A DNA stretch of 63,824 nt, filler included, from Trichomonas gallinae (Eukaryota): assembly GCA_008369845.1 (NCBI GenBank). It is 6 parts of 6 records of this genome, joined end to end, with 100 filler letters (N's around TTAATTAATTAA, not from the genome) between each part and the next. Parts side by side here need not be neighbours in the genome. Positions count along the whole stretch, not along the records: positions 1 to 20,312 come from MRSU01000333.1; 5 more parts are not named here. One strand, written 5' to 3'. The position numbers were made by a program, and so were the translations under genes. Below, piece by piece: positions 1-9,162 of this stretch. Each line of letters starts with the position of its first letter. Within the stretch, counting starts at the first letter, position 1. The notes beneath the pieces were generated by a model that did no database searches, was not told the DNA's origin, and saw nothing but the letters and a program-made list of their open reading frames with translations.

Positions 1-416
1 TGTTTTTTTTTTTTTTTTTTTTTTTGAGATTTTTTTCTGGAATCGAAAAATTTTTAGTAAATTGGTAATTTGATATCAACGTATATAGTGGACATTAATT
101 CCCGAAAAAGAGTGTTATGGGCAGCAATTAAACTGATTAAGCTGTTTATCTTGCATTTACGTGTTTATAAGCACATATATGATAAGAATATCGAATAAAA
201 TTGACTGCGTGTAATTATTTTTCGAGAGTGTAACTTTTTTTTCTTTTTGTGTTTGAATCCGAAAAGTGAATCGCCGCATGGTTTTACACCAGCATGTTAT
301 AAGCCGCTGTTTGCAGCAGTGAGTAGATATAGAAGTGAAATATGGGAACGTGGCAACGTAAAAAATAAATGTAAAAATAAAAACTTGAAAATATGAAAGA
401 AATATTTTTATAGTCT

Positions 417-3400
417 TCAAGGTATATTTCTGAAGTTAGAAATTCTTATTGTGTGGAGATTTCCATCTGCGGTGCCAACAATTACGTGCATGAGAATTCT
501 GTCAAACGCAATAGAAGTAAGTGGAACCGAGCAAACGTCGAAAGAACAGATATAATTAGCGAATGGGCAGCCAATAACAAAGATTTTTCCTGTCGATGAA
601 CCGATGAAGTAAACTGTTTCTCCATTTGGCAGTTGCGCGTGGCAAACGCTTGTCGCAGTCACTGCAATCCAACTAGAGTAGAAGTATGTTAAGTTCTCAT
701 CGAAAATATCCGCCTTGCATTTTCCAGCGTGGTTCGTGAAAATGCAAACGTAACCTGAATCGCTGATGGAAACCATTGTAGGCTTCGCTATTATATCGAT
801 TTTAGATGTCCTGACATAAGATGAGTATGACATGTCGACTAAAGATGTCGCGACGATGAACCCGTCAATTCCGACAGAAACAACTAAGTCAGATCTGATG
901 TTAGTGTCCAAGCAGCAGATCTCTGATGTGTGCATTGACAAAGTCGACTCGTTTCTCATGCTAACATTGTCGTCTGTTCTCCTCCACAGTCTCACGGTCA
1001 TGTCTTCGCTGCCAGTCGCCAATATTTCGCCTGATGAAGAAAGAGAAGTTATCTTTCCGATGTGTGCACGCGAAATGAAGAAGGCATCAGCTGACTTAGT
1101 AAAATCGTAGCACATCACTGCTGTGTCGCCTTTAACACTCGCGCAGAAGAGATTTCCAGCGAATGCCGCTTGCGTTATGACTGTTTTCACGTTGAACTTC
1201 ACTGTTATCGACTTCGTCTGATCGAAAACATTGTAGACGCAAATTGTTCCGTCATTTGATGCGAACGCGATTGTTGATTTAGTGGCTTTGATTAATATAA
1301 CAGGTTTGTCGCTGATATTCTTCACATCCATAATAGAAAACATCTTTTCTTGCAGTGGATTGAAGAGAGCCATTTTTGGTTGCGGGTCTTCGAAAAACAG
1401 CTGAGTTGGAGCAGCACCGAAGCAAGCTGCGTATTCTTTGATGAGTCTTTCGAGCTGTGGGTCTTGTTCTGTTTCTTCTGTTAGAGATTCTGGGAAGAAA
1501 TAAGGATGGAACTTGTTTTTGGCTTCCATGGCTTTCTCACCTCTTGACTTTGGTCCAAAAATAAGATTGATCCATTTGTGGAGATTCGACGAAACATATT
1601 GGCTTTCTAGAGCTTTCATATTCAAAGAAACAAACTTCTGAGCCTTCTGCTTCTGTCTCTCGATTGCATCTGAAGCATTAAATGTCTCGTCATCGGCCCA
1701 AGGAGGCAGTTCAACATGATTAACTTTCTCTCCATATTTGTTTATGCCGAGATCGAAGTTGTCGTTGTTGATGAACATGTCTGGGAAGTAGAAGAACTCT
1801 GGGATCAACTCCCTGAAGTCCATCGTCGGAGAAGTGACGCTCGTCCAAGCAGCAGGAACAGAGTTAAAAAGTCTGTTCGGGTTGTCGAATTTTCCTGACT
1901 GCAAGTCAATGTGAAGTGTCGTGAAAGGCTCTGTTCTTATCAAGTAACCAATAGTTGTAGCTGCTGATGAATAGAATGAGCCATAATGATATCCGCTGCC
2001 TGAATCAATCTGCTCTTGTATCATTTGGCTCCTTTCTTCATTCATGGCTCCCAATGGCATCGAAAGATCTCTGAATGTTTCGCTTTTGTCTAAATTAAGA
2101 GTTTGTGATGTATAATCTTTGATGATCCAAGGGAAGACAGGATACTGTGATAGTTCATTGAATGATCTTCCTGAATATTTGTTGAGTTTCATGATTAACT
2201 CGAAGTTAGAGATTTCTCCGAGCTGCCATTTTCTGTAGACTTTCTCTGCTAGTTTTATGACGTCTTCTTGTTTCTCTTGGATAAATTTCAGGTTTGTCAT
2301 TGATTTGTTCTTTCCGCTTGCGTATTTCTTGATGTTCTTGAGGAAAATCGCTCGACTGCCTTCTTTGAAGTCGAAGAAATAAGACTTAAACTTGTTCGTG
2401 AAAATCTCTAAAGCTGTGTCAAGATGTAAAATTCTTCTGAACAAAATCTTTCGAATTGAATCCATCTTGATCGAAACGTTTTTGTTATCCGACTGGAATC
2501 TCAACGTGTGCTTGAACAGCAAAAGCTTGCCTTTGACTGACTCCTTCTGAGTAATAATTGTTGCGTCAACGATAAATGAAGCGGAATCATTGATATTTTC
2601 TTCTTCAACTTTTTCATCTTTAAGTTCTAACTCGTTGACTTCTAATGCGACTTTGCTGAGTGCTGCGTCTCCTGTGAACTCTGTCATCTTTCTATCACGC
2701 ATTATCTCTTTGTATCTTTCCTTTGACTCTTCCAAGGCTCCGGTGTCTCTCGCGTCGCTTGCATCCATGTGGTCGTCGAAGTCGAGATTCCTCTTCATCC
2801 TCGAGTGTTTCGACATGAAATATGTTGCATTGCGGAGCTTGTGGTGATGCTCAACCATTCTGGTGCTTGAGAACCAAGGCTGATTGATGTCAGAAAGTGT
2901 AGCAAACAGCTGCCTGTATCTTTTCATTCCTTTCGCTTTGGAAAATTCGAATGATTGCCTGTATTTCTCTGATGCGGCTCTGTTATCTAATATATCTGAA
3001 TTCTCTGTGACTTTACTCAAAGGAATATTTTTGAGACTATTAAGATAGAACTTAGATATACCGTCGAACTTCAAGACAATGTTCTGGAAAATATCCATGC
3101 CTCTGTTGAAGTCATCGAATATATAAGGTGTTCTTTTAACGAAAGAATCTTCGACTTTAATTAGTTCTTGTATGAGTTTAGATATGATTGGATTTGTCGG
3201 TACTAAAGAACTCTTGAATGCTTCAACTGTTGTGTTCTGTGACAAATTTACAGAGAATTGCTTTTCGAATGGTTTCCTGAAACTCATCAGAATCAAGTGA
3301 ATCTTTTTTATGTCAGCTGTATTAGTTCCAGCGATGTATTCTCTCAACAAAGAGCCAGCAGTTAAAACGAACAAGTTGTAGAAGTGAGTGTTCTTCTCGA

Positions 3401-6400
3401 ACATTCTCGGAATGGACATAGATATTCTCTCGAATGTTCCATTGATGAATTTCATTGCTGTTCTGTTGTTTTCGACAATAGAAGCGAATAAATATCCAAT
3501 CATCTCAGCGCAAGTAATCCAGCCGCTTTCAAACGATATACAAGGAGTGAAAGACAACATATCTAATAGCAAATACTGAGCGATGTCTAAGTCTTCCCAT
3601 GTCAAATCGAAGTTTGTTCTCGTTGCAAATCTTAAGTTAACTTTTTGGTGTGAATTGTTCGCTAAAACATCGAAGACGTATTGATATGGAGTCTTCTCGT
3701 TTACGTGATAATTAAAGCCAGAACCTTGTATTTCATAATAAGGGTCGTATTGAGGGATGTAGAATATGTAGTTGAAAACAGTCGCGAAGAATTTAATTGT
3801 TGTTTCTGTGTCTTCTTCACTTCCCCATGGAAGTTTGAGCTTCTTAGAAGCCAAAACTCCTGCGAAAATCTTTCTTAAAATGTGATTATAACATTCGCAT
3901 GAATTAGCTGAGAATAGTATAATCATCCTGTAAACATCTTCAAGATATGAAACGTTAAACGCGAAAATGCTCACAAGAAATTCGATGACTTTATCTGCAA
4001 TTTCTGACTGATCATAATCATTCGGTAGCTCTGAGATTAATAATGAAACGAAGGCTGGCTGTATATAGAAGAAGTTCTGCAGTAACCAGTTCTGTCTGTC
4101 ACTCAAGACTTTGATGATATCAGTTATGCAATGAAGAGAAGATTCATAGTTTGCTAAAGCCACGTAAACTAATAATGGAAAAACATCTGGGCAACAAACT
4201 TTGCTCATTTCTCTGTCGATTGCTCTTAATAATATTTCAAACGCATGATAAGGATTTAGTAAAACAGAGAACTCGTTTATCATGCATCTTATCCAGTGTT
4301 GTACTGGAAAATCTTCGAAAACTTTGAATTCTGAAACTTTCGAGTAGAAAATTGCAATGTTTGCGAAAATCGTTGTGTTTCCAAGCTTAAGTAAAGCGAA
4401 CATATCATTCAAGACTTCTTTGTTGCTCCTTATGTATTCTATGATGATTTCGTTCTTTGCTGAGAAAATCGACACCAGTAATTCCAAAATTTCTTCTTGA
4501 AGAGTTATATCTTTGGAATCGAAGGAATAATTGAACAAACACTTTACGTCTTCATTATCCAGATACTTCTTGGATATGTTAAAGGCTCCTTGTGTGAAAA
4601 TATCTCTTAAAGGCTTCATCATTTCCGGTCTTTTAGACACGAAATTCTTTATCATCATCTCTTTTGGTTCACTTAGCAAAGAGATTTCGCTGATTGACTC
4701 CCACATGAAGATGTGAATATAAGACAAAATCTTTCTTAGTGGGAAGCATTTTTGTAAATATTCTCTCTGGCATAGATAACCAAAAGATTTTTCGAAAATT
4801 TTCTTCTGGAATTCATTCGAAACATAAATCCACAGATTCATGTTCATGAAGATGTATTTGAACATAGAAGAAGATAGTTTCTTGTGTGTTATGTGCTCGA
4901 ATATTACAAATAACTCGTCAATGACCTGTGTATTGAAATAAGAAGGATGAATCATAGACAAAAGAAAACTTAAGATCTTGAAACCTGAATCGAGATAAAA
5001 TTCTTCTTGAAGATTATAACTTGAAAGCAAAACGTAATCTAAAACACTGAGTGCATCGAATAAAAATGTTTCATCGTTGTCAAGATTTTCGAAGTGTTCC
5101 TGATGTATCTGGGAGAAGATTGGAAGTAAAACTGAAGCTCCTCCTAAAGTTGTCAAAACTGAAATTGTACCTGGCTGAGTTTTGTTGATTGTTCCGCTCA
5201 TTCTGGCTGTTATCTTTTCAGATGTTAAAGAAATCAACTCGTTTGAAGTGCTTGTGACACTTGCGTTGAAATTGCAGATAATATTTGATACAAATTTTTC
5301 TTCGAAAAGTGGTGAAAATCTGTCATCGAAATTTGCTTTTTCTGCCGATGTAAAACCACAAGGAATCATTGCGGGCATGTTCATGAGCAAGTGGTTCTTC
5401 TCTGATGTTAATTCACCTTTGACGACAATGATAGAAGAAACGTCCATCTCTAAGTCGTTGCAGAAAATCATCTCAGTGAAATCATTTTGATGAACAATTG
5501 TTCTGACTCTTGTTTGAAGAGTCACTTTGTCAGTGAAAATTGTTATTCTTGATTCAATGTTGTATCTTTCGACGAAGCAGATAAGTGGAGTCCAGTTTGA
5601 TGAGAATTTAGATTCATTTTGTGTTTCGTTGAAATATGATTTGATTGATGAAGGAGTAGCTGACTTCATTTCATTCTCCAAGAAGCAAAGTCTTCCCTGG
5701 TTATACATCAGCGAAATCATGTCGCCACAATCATTGAAGAAAGAGAATAAGTAGCCGTTGATTGCACTTGTGATCTTAACTTTCATGAAAACGAAGAAAG
5801 AGCTGTTGAAAACGTATTTAGGAATGTTTTGTTTAACTTTGATGAAATCGTTTTCATTTTCGACATGAATGAAAGTTGTTGGAAGATTTTCTTCTGTGTT
5901 CAAAATGTTCTTGAATGTTTTGAGAACATCTTGAGTATAGAAAGGCCTGTGATCTTTAGATATTGATGGCAGCAATTGCAAATACTGGATCAGTTCGCTT
6001 GAATTCAAAGAGTTTTTCGCGATTTTTTCGAATAAGTTCAAAGCTTTTGTAAACAAATTGTCGAACTTTCTCTCTGTTCTGTATTGCTTGAGGAAGTTGA
6101 TGATTGTTGTTGACAGATCTGACTGATATAAGTTATACAATGACTGATTATTATTGTTGATGCATTCTATAGTGAAGTCGATTAGTTTCTCAAGATCTTC
6201 ATCACTATTTGACATGACGACAAATAAAGCTGGATATGGCATTGCATTGTAGATCAATCTTGGTGTTGTGAACTTTTTGTCGTCTTTGAAAATCAACTTC
6301 AAAAATCTATCTACTGGTTCGTTGATTATATCTAATGATTTGATGTAGAAAGAAGGTTTGACGATTTTCTGCGGTAATAATATTAATATATCGAAAAGGT

Positions 6401-8432
6401 TTTGAACATTTTGCGATTTCTTTTTAACGAAGAATTCTAAAATAGCTGTCAAAAGGTTTGCCTCTGATATAACAATCTCTATGTTTGATTTTCTCTCTGA
6501 TTTGAGAGAAATCATCAATGAATCCAAAAGATTGATGATTTTCTCTTCTGTGACAGCATCAACAAGCATGATATGCTCGAAGAAGTCGAATATTGACTTA
6601 TAAGAACTCTGCGACAAATTTTCTGAAAATCCTTTTTTCAAATGTTTGTTTGCAAATTCACTCGTAGAGTCATCATATAGAAGCTTGCAGATAGATAAAG
6701 CGAATGTTGAGTCATTCCATAGCAGAGAAGTTCCTTCTGGCATTGATCCAATGACATCAATAATCTGGAAAAGTTTGATTCGTGTGCTTTGACACTTTTC
6801 GACTTCCTCTTGGCACTTTTGTGATTCATTTTTCTTAGTAAATTTTTCGTGATGATAATTTTGTAGAGAAATCATTAGCTTTCCAATTGTTTTAGGGAAT
6901 AATAGTTCGTTTGCTGCTATAGTGAAGAGGTTTGGTCTGATTAAAATGCATTTGATGAATAGATCAATGAATTTTTCATTGATATAAAGTTTTTTAACGG
7001 AATTTTCGAAGAATTGGATCAAGTCAAGGAAGTAGTAATATTGATTCTCGCTTTTTGCTGCAATTGTTAACATCATTTCCGTGAAATATTTTATCAAGTC
7101 TTCTTGTGGATATTTGATGAACATTAGATCACTCATGGTCATAAAGAACTGAGATTCGTGGAGTGGACGAATGCAGCTGAGAATTCTTGGTTTAACGAAA
7201 AATGATAACCATTCAGAAAGGAAATAAGGAGTAACTAAGAACTCAGACAGCTTTGGACAACCAAGAACAGAAGAAATCAAAAAGATATTAGTCTTTTCAT
7301 GTTCTTGAAATCTGATTGATAAAACAAATCTGCTAATTGCTTGTAAAAGACTCAAAGCTTCCTTGTGTGTTGTTATTTTCGATGGAGGATCAGGATATTT
7401 GACTTTAAAATCTGTAATGATTTGATAATCTTGTGATATAATATTTTCTTTGAGAGTTGAGTCAATATGGTTTGTAATATCTTGGCATTTGTCTAATTCA
7501 TCGATTGTATCAATAATTTTTGGATCTGCTTTATCAAATGTGAGATTTTGAATAGAATCAGCAATAAAATCAATAAAAAGTGTAGTATTATCTGGTTCTA
7601 TCAAAAACTGAGCTGCATCTTGATATTTAGTACAAATAGATGTAATAAGAAGGAAAAGCTCTGTGCGAATCGAATAATCAAATAATTTTCTAAATTTGTT
7701 ACTTTGTGCAAGTAAAGCAAGTATATGATATGCAAAACCAATCGAATCAAACTTCAAAGCTATTGGCATTGCAAGTATTGACGTAACAACTTTGATTAAA
7801 TTTGATAAAAGCGCAATTTTTTCTTGTGTGTCGACTTCAACTGTCGAAAATAGAATGAATGCATCAATAAAGAACTCGAAATATAGATTAATGAGGTCTT
7901 CAACCAAGAATTTTGGATTTAAGAAAATAAAAATCGAAATTTCAATGATTTTGAAGAATTGTTTGAAGTCCAAATCGTCTTTCGCAATCTCCTTTAGCTG
8001 TTGACAGAGGTTTGCAAGGAAATAACCTACTGTAAATGAGAAAACTTTCGAATTTTGATCTGGATTCTTCGAATAGTACTCTATAAATTTGATAGAATTA
8101 TCCAGTATCTCGATTACTTTGGATTTTTCGTAGCTTCGTATGAAATATCCGTAAGCAACAAGCTTTCGAAAACTTAATTCGATTTGATGTTCGTTAATAT
8201 TCAAATCAAGGTACTTTACGAAATCACAATGAGATGCTAAGAGATTTACTTGTTCTTTTTCGCCGATTTGAGCTAAGTGCCATTTTATATTTTGAAAATC
8301 AACCGCGGAAAACTCCGAATTTTCAGGTATTTCTAGCGAGAAAACTGATATAATACCGTCTACTACAACTTGTCCGGTAATTTTGGTCTTACCAGCCACA
8401 AGTTCTAGGTTCTGAGAATTTTCCAATTGCAA
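417..8432 (-). CDS. Beige/BEACH-domain protein (PH-BEACH-WD40 C-terminus; LYST/NBEA/LRBA family), ~2670 aa
   Basis: BEACH motifs WQLGEISNFELIMKLNKYSGRSFNELSQYPVFPW, HYGSFYSS, RELIPEFFY, VELPPWA and WINLIFG, preceded by a PH-like segment and followed by WD40 repeats (AHIGKITSL...LATGSEDMTVRLW). The start is uncertain because there is no in-frame ATG near the 5' end (see findings). Confidence 0.93.
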   Translation of the reverse strand: MQLENSQNLELVAGKTKITGQVVVDGIISVFSLEIPENSEFSAVDFQNIKWHLAQIGEKEQVNLLASHCDFVKYLDLNINEHQIELSFRKLVAYGYFIRSYEKSKVIEILDNSIKFIEYYSKNPDQNSKVFSFTVGYFLANLCQQLKEIAKDDLDFKQFFKIIEISIFIFLNPKFLVEDLINLYFEFFIDAFILFSTVEVDTQEKIALLSNLIKVVTSILAMPIALKFDSIGFAYHILALLAQSNKFRKLFDYSIRTELFLLITSICTKYQDAAQFLIEPDNTTLFIDFIADSIQNLTFDKADPKIIDTIDELDKCQDITNHIDSTLKENIISQDYQIITDFKVKYPDPPSKITTHKEALSLLQAISRFVLSIRFQEHEKTNIFLISSVLGCPKLSEFLVTPYFLSEWLSFFVKPRILSCIRPLHESQFFMTMSDLMFIKYPQEDLIKYFTEMMLTIAAKSENQYYYFLDLIQFFENSVKKLYINEKFIDLFIKCILIRPNLFTIAANELLFPKTIGKLMISLQNYHHEKFTKKNESQKCQEEVEKCQSTRIKLFQIIDVIGSMPEGTSLLWNDSTFALSICKLLYDDSTSEFANKHLKKGFSENLSQSSYKSIFDFFEHIMLVDAVTEEKIINLLDSLMISLKSERKSNIEIVISEANLLTAILEFFVKKKSQNVQNLFDILILLPQKIVKPSFYIKSLDIINEPVDRFLKLIFKDDKKFTTPRLIYNAMPYPALFVVMSNSDEDLEKLIDFTIECINNNNQSLYNLYQSDLSTTIINFLKQYRTERKFDNLFTKALNLFEKIAKNSLNSSELIQYLQLLPSISKDHRPFYTQDVLKTFKNILNTEENLPTTFIHVENENDFIKVKQNIPKYVFNSSFFVFMKVKITSAINGYLFSFFNDCGDMISLMYNQGRLCFLENEMKSATPSSIKSYFNETQNESKFSSNWTPLICFVERYNIESRITIFTDKVTLQTRVRTIVHQNDFTEMIFCNDLEMDVSSIIVVKGELTSEKNHLLMNMPAMIPCGFTSAEKANFDDRFSPLFEEKFVSNIICNFNASVTSTSNELISLTSEKITARMSGTINKTQPGTISVLTTLGGASVLLPIFSQIHQEHFENLDNDETFLFDALSVLDYVLLSSYNLQEEFYLDSGFKILSFLLSMIHPSYFNTQVIDELFVIFEHITHKKLSSSMFKYIFMNMNLWIYVSNEFQKKIFEKSFGYLCQREYLQKCFPLRKILSYIHIFMWESISEISLLSEPKEMMIKNFVSKRPEMMKPLRDIFTQGAFNISKKYLDNEDVKCLFNYSFDSKDITLQEEILELLVSIFSAKNEIIIEYIRSNKEVLNDMFALLKLGNTTIFANIAIFYSKVSEFKVFEDFPVQHWIRCMINEFSVLLNPYHAFEILLRAIDREMSKVCCPDVFPLLVYVALANYESSLHCITDIIKVLSDRQNWLLQNFFYIQPAFVSLLISELPNDYDQSEIADKVIEFLVSIFAFNVSYLEDVYRMIILFSANSCECYNHILRKIFAGVLASKKLKLPWGSEEDTETTIKFFATVFNYIFYIPQYDPYYEIQGSGFNYHVNEKTPYQYVFDVLANNSHQKVNLRFATRTNFDLTWEDLDIAQYLLLDMLSFTPCISFESGWITCAEMIGYLFASIVENNRTAMKFINGTFERISMSIPRMFEKNTHFYNLFVLTAGSLLREYIAGTNTADIKKIHLILMSFRKPFEKQFSVNLSQNTTVEAFKSSLVPTNPIISKLIQELIKVEDSFVKRTPYIFDDFNRGMDIFQNIVLKFDGISKFYLNSLKNIPLSKVTENSDILDNRAASEKYRQSFEFSKAKGMKRYRQLFATLSDINQPWFSSTRMVEHHHKLRNATYFMSKHSRMKRNLDFDDHMDASDARDTGALEESKERYKEIMRDRKMTEFTGDAALSKVALEVNELELKDEKVEEENINDSASFIVDATIITQKESVKGKLLLFKHTLRFQSDNKNVSIKMDSIRKILFRRILHLDTALEIFTNKFKSYFFDFKEGSRAIFLKNIKKYASGKNKSMTNLKFIQEKQEDVIKLAEKVYRKWQLGEISNFELIMKLNKYSGRSFNELSQYPVFPWIIKDYTSQTLNLDKSETFRDLSMPLGAMNEERSQMIQEQIDSGSGYHYGSFYSSAATTIGYLIRTEPFTTLHIDLQSGKFDNPNRLFNSVPAAWTSVTSPTMDFRELIPEFFYFPDMFINNDNFDLGINKYGEKVNHVELPPWADDETFNASDAIERQKQKAQKFVSLNMKALESQYVSSNLHKWINLIFGPKSRGEKAMEAKNKFHPYFFPESLTEETEQDPQLERLIKEYAACFGAAPTQLFFEDPQPKMALFNPLQEKMFSIMDVKNISDKPVILIKATKSTIAFASNDGTICVYNVFDQTKSITVKFNVKTVITQAAFAGNLFCASVKGDTAVMCYDFTKSADAFFISRAHIGKITSLSSSGEILATGSEDMTVRLWRRTDDNVSMRNESTLSMHTSEICCLDTNIRSDLVVSVGIDGFIVATSLVDMSYSSYVRTSKIDIIAKPTMVSISDSGYVCIFTNHAGKCKADIFDENLTYFYSSWIAVTATSVCHAQLPNGETVYFIGSSTGKIFVIGCPFANYICSFDVCSVPLTSIAFDRILMHVIVGTADGNLHTIRISNFRNIP

Positions 8433-8691
8433 AATGTTTTCATGACAGCAATTTTAGTTAACATTTCATTCATTTTACATGTCAAACATCATATATTTAA
8501 TATAAAATTAATCCATTTTTGCAACCAACTGTTTTTATTTAATATTCTATTATATCATAACAGATAACACCTAAAATCAATTATCTAAAATCACATCATA
8601 TTTTAACAATATTGAATGTATTCAAAAAATTAAATTCACACTATTTATTCATACTAAATATGATAAAAATAAATCATAACCTTGATTTTTC

Positions 8692-9115
8692 ATTTTTGTT
8701 TTGTAAACAATTTTGTAAACTTTTTGTCAAAAATTAATAATTATATAATTTAATTCTACATTAATCATAGTCGTGTTCATTGAAATTGTTTGTATATATT
8801 TTACATGACAAATTTTCATTAAAAAATGATTTTTGTTTTGTAAACAATTTTGTAAACTATTGTCACAATAATACAAATTGAATACTTTGACACTATATGA
8901 TGAATAAAATTAATCTAAATAAAAAACTGGACTTTTGTAAATATTTTACGTGTCAGTATTTAAAGATGAATTAATTTTTGTTTGTAAATAATTTTGTAAA
9001 CTAGTTGACAAAAATTCTAAAAACCAAATTATTTAACTTTACATAAAGAGTATAATCCAAATCATTCAAAATATTGATTATTTGATTTCGTTTTATAAAT
9101 AATTTACATGACAAA
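8692..9115. repeat. Three copies of a 29-30 bp repeat at ~140 bp period, separated by divergent spacers
   Basis: ATTTTTGTTTTGTAAACAATTTTGTAAACT is identical at 8692-8721 and 8829-8858, and has 2 differences at 8974-9002. Each unit also carries TTTAC(A/G)TG(A/T)CA. Confidence 0.85.
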
Positions 9116-9162
9116 AGATTAAAAATGCAACTTTTTATAACAAACAAAAGGAAGTAATATAT

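Noticed and set aside
157..420. 87-aa ORF and small hairpins (TGGT-TTTAC-ACCA, GCTG-TTTG-CAGC) downstream of BEACH
   Set aside because: No domain signal, AT-driven composition, and stems too short to call an RNA.
8692..9002. CRISPR interpretation of the 30-bp repeats
   Set aside because: Spacers of 107-115 bp, only three repeats, eukaryotic context and no cas genes.
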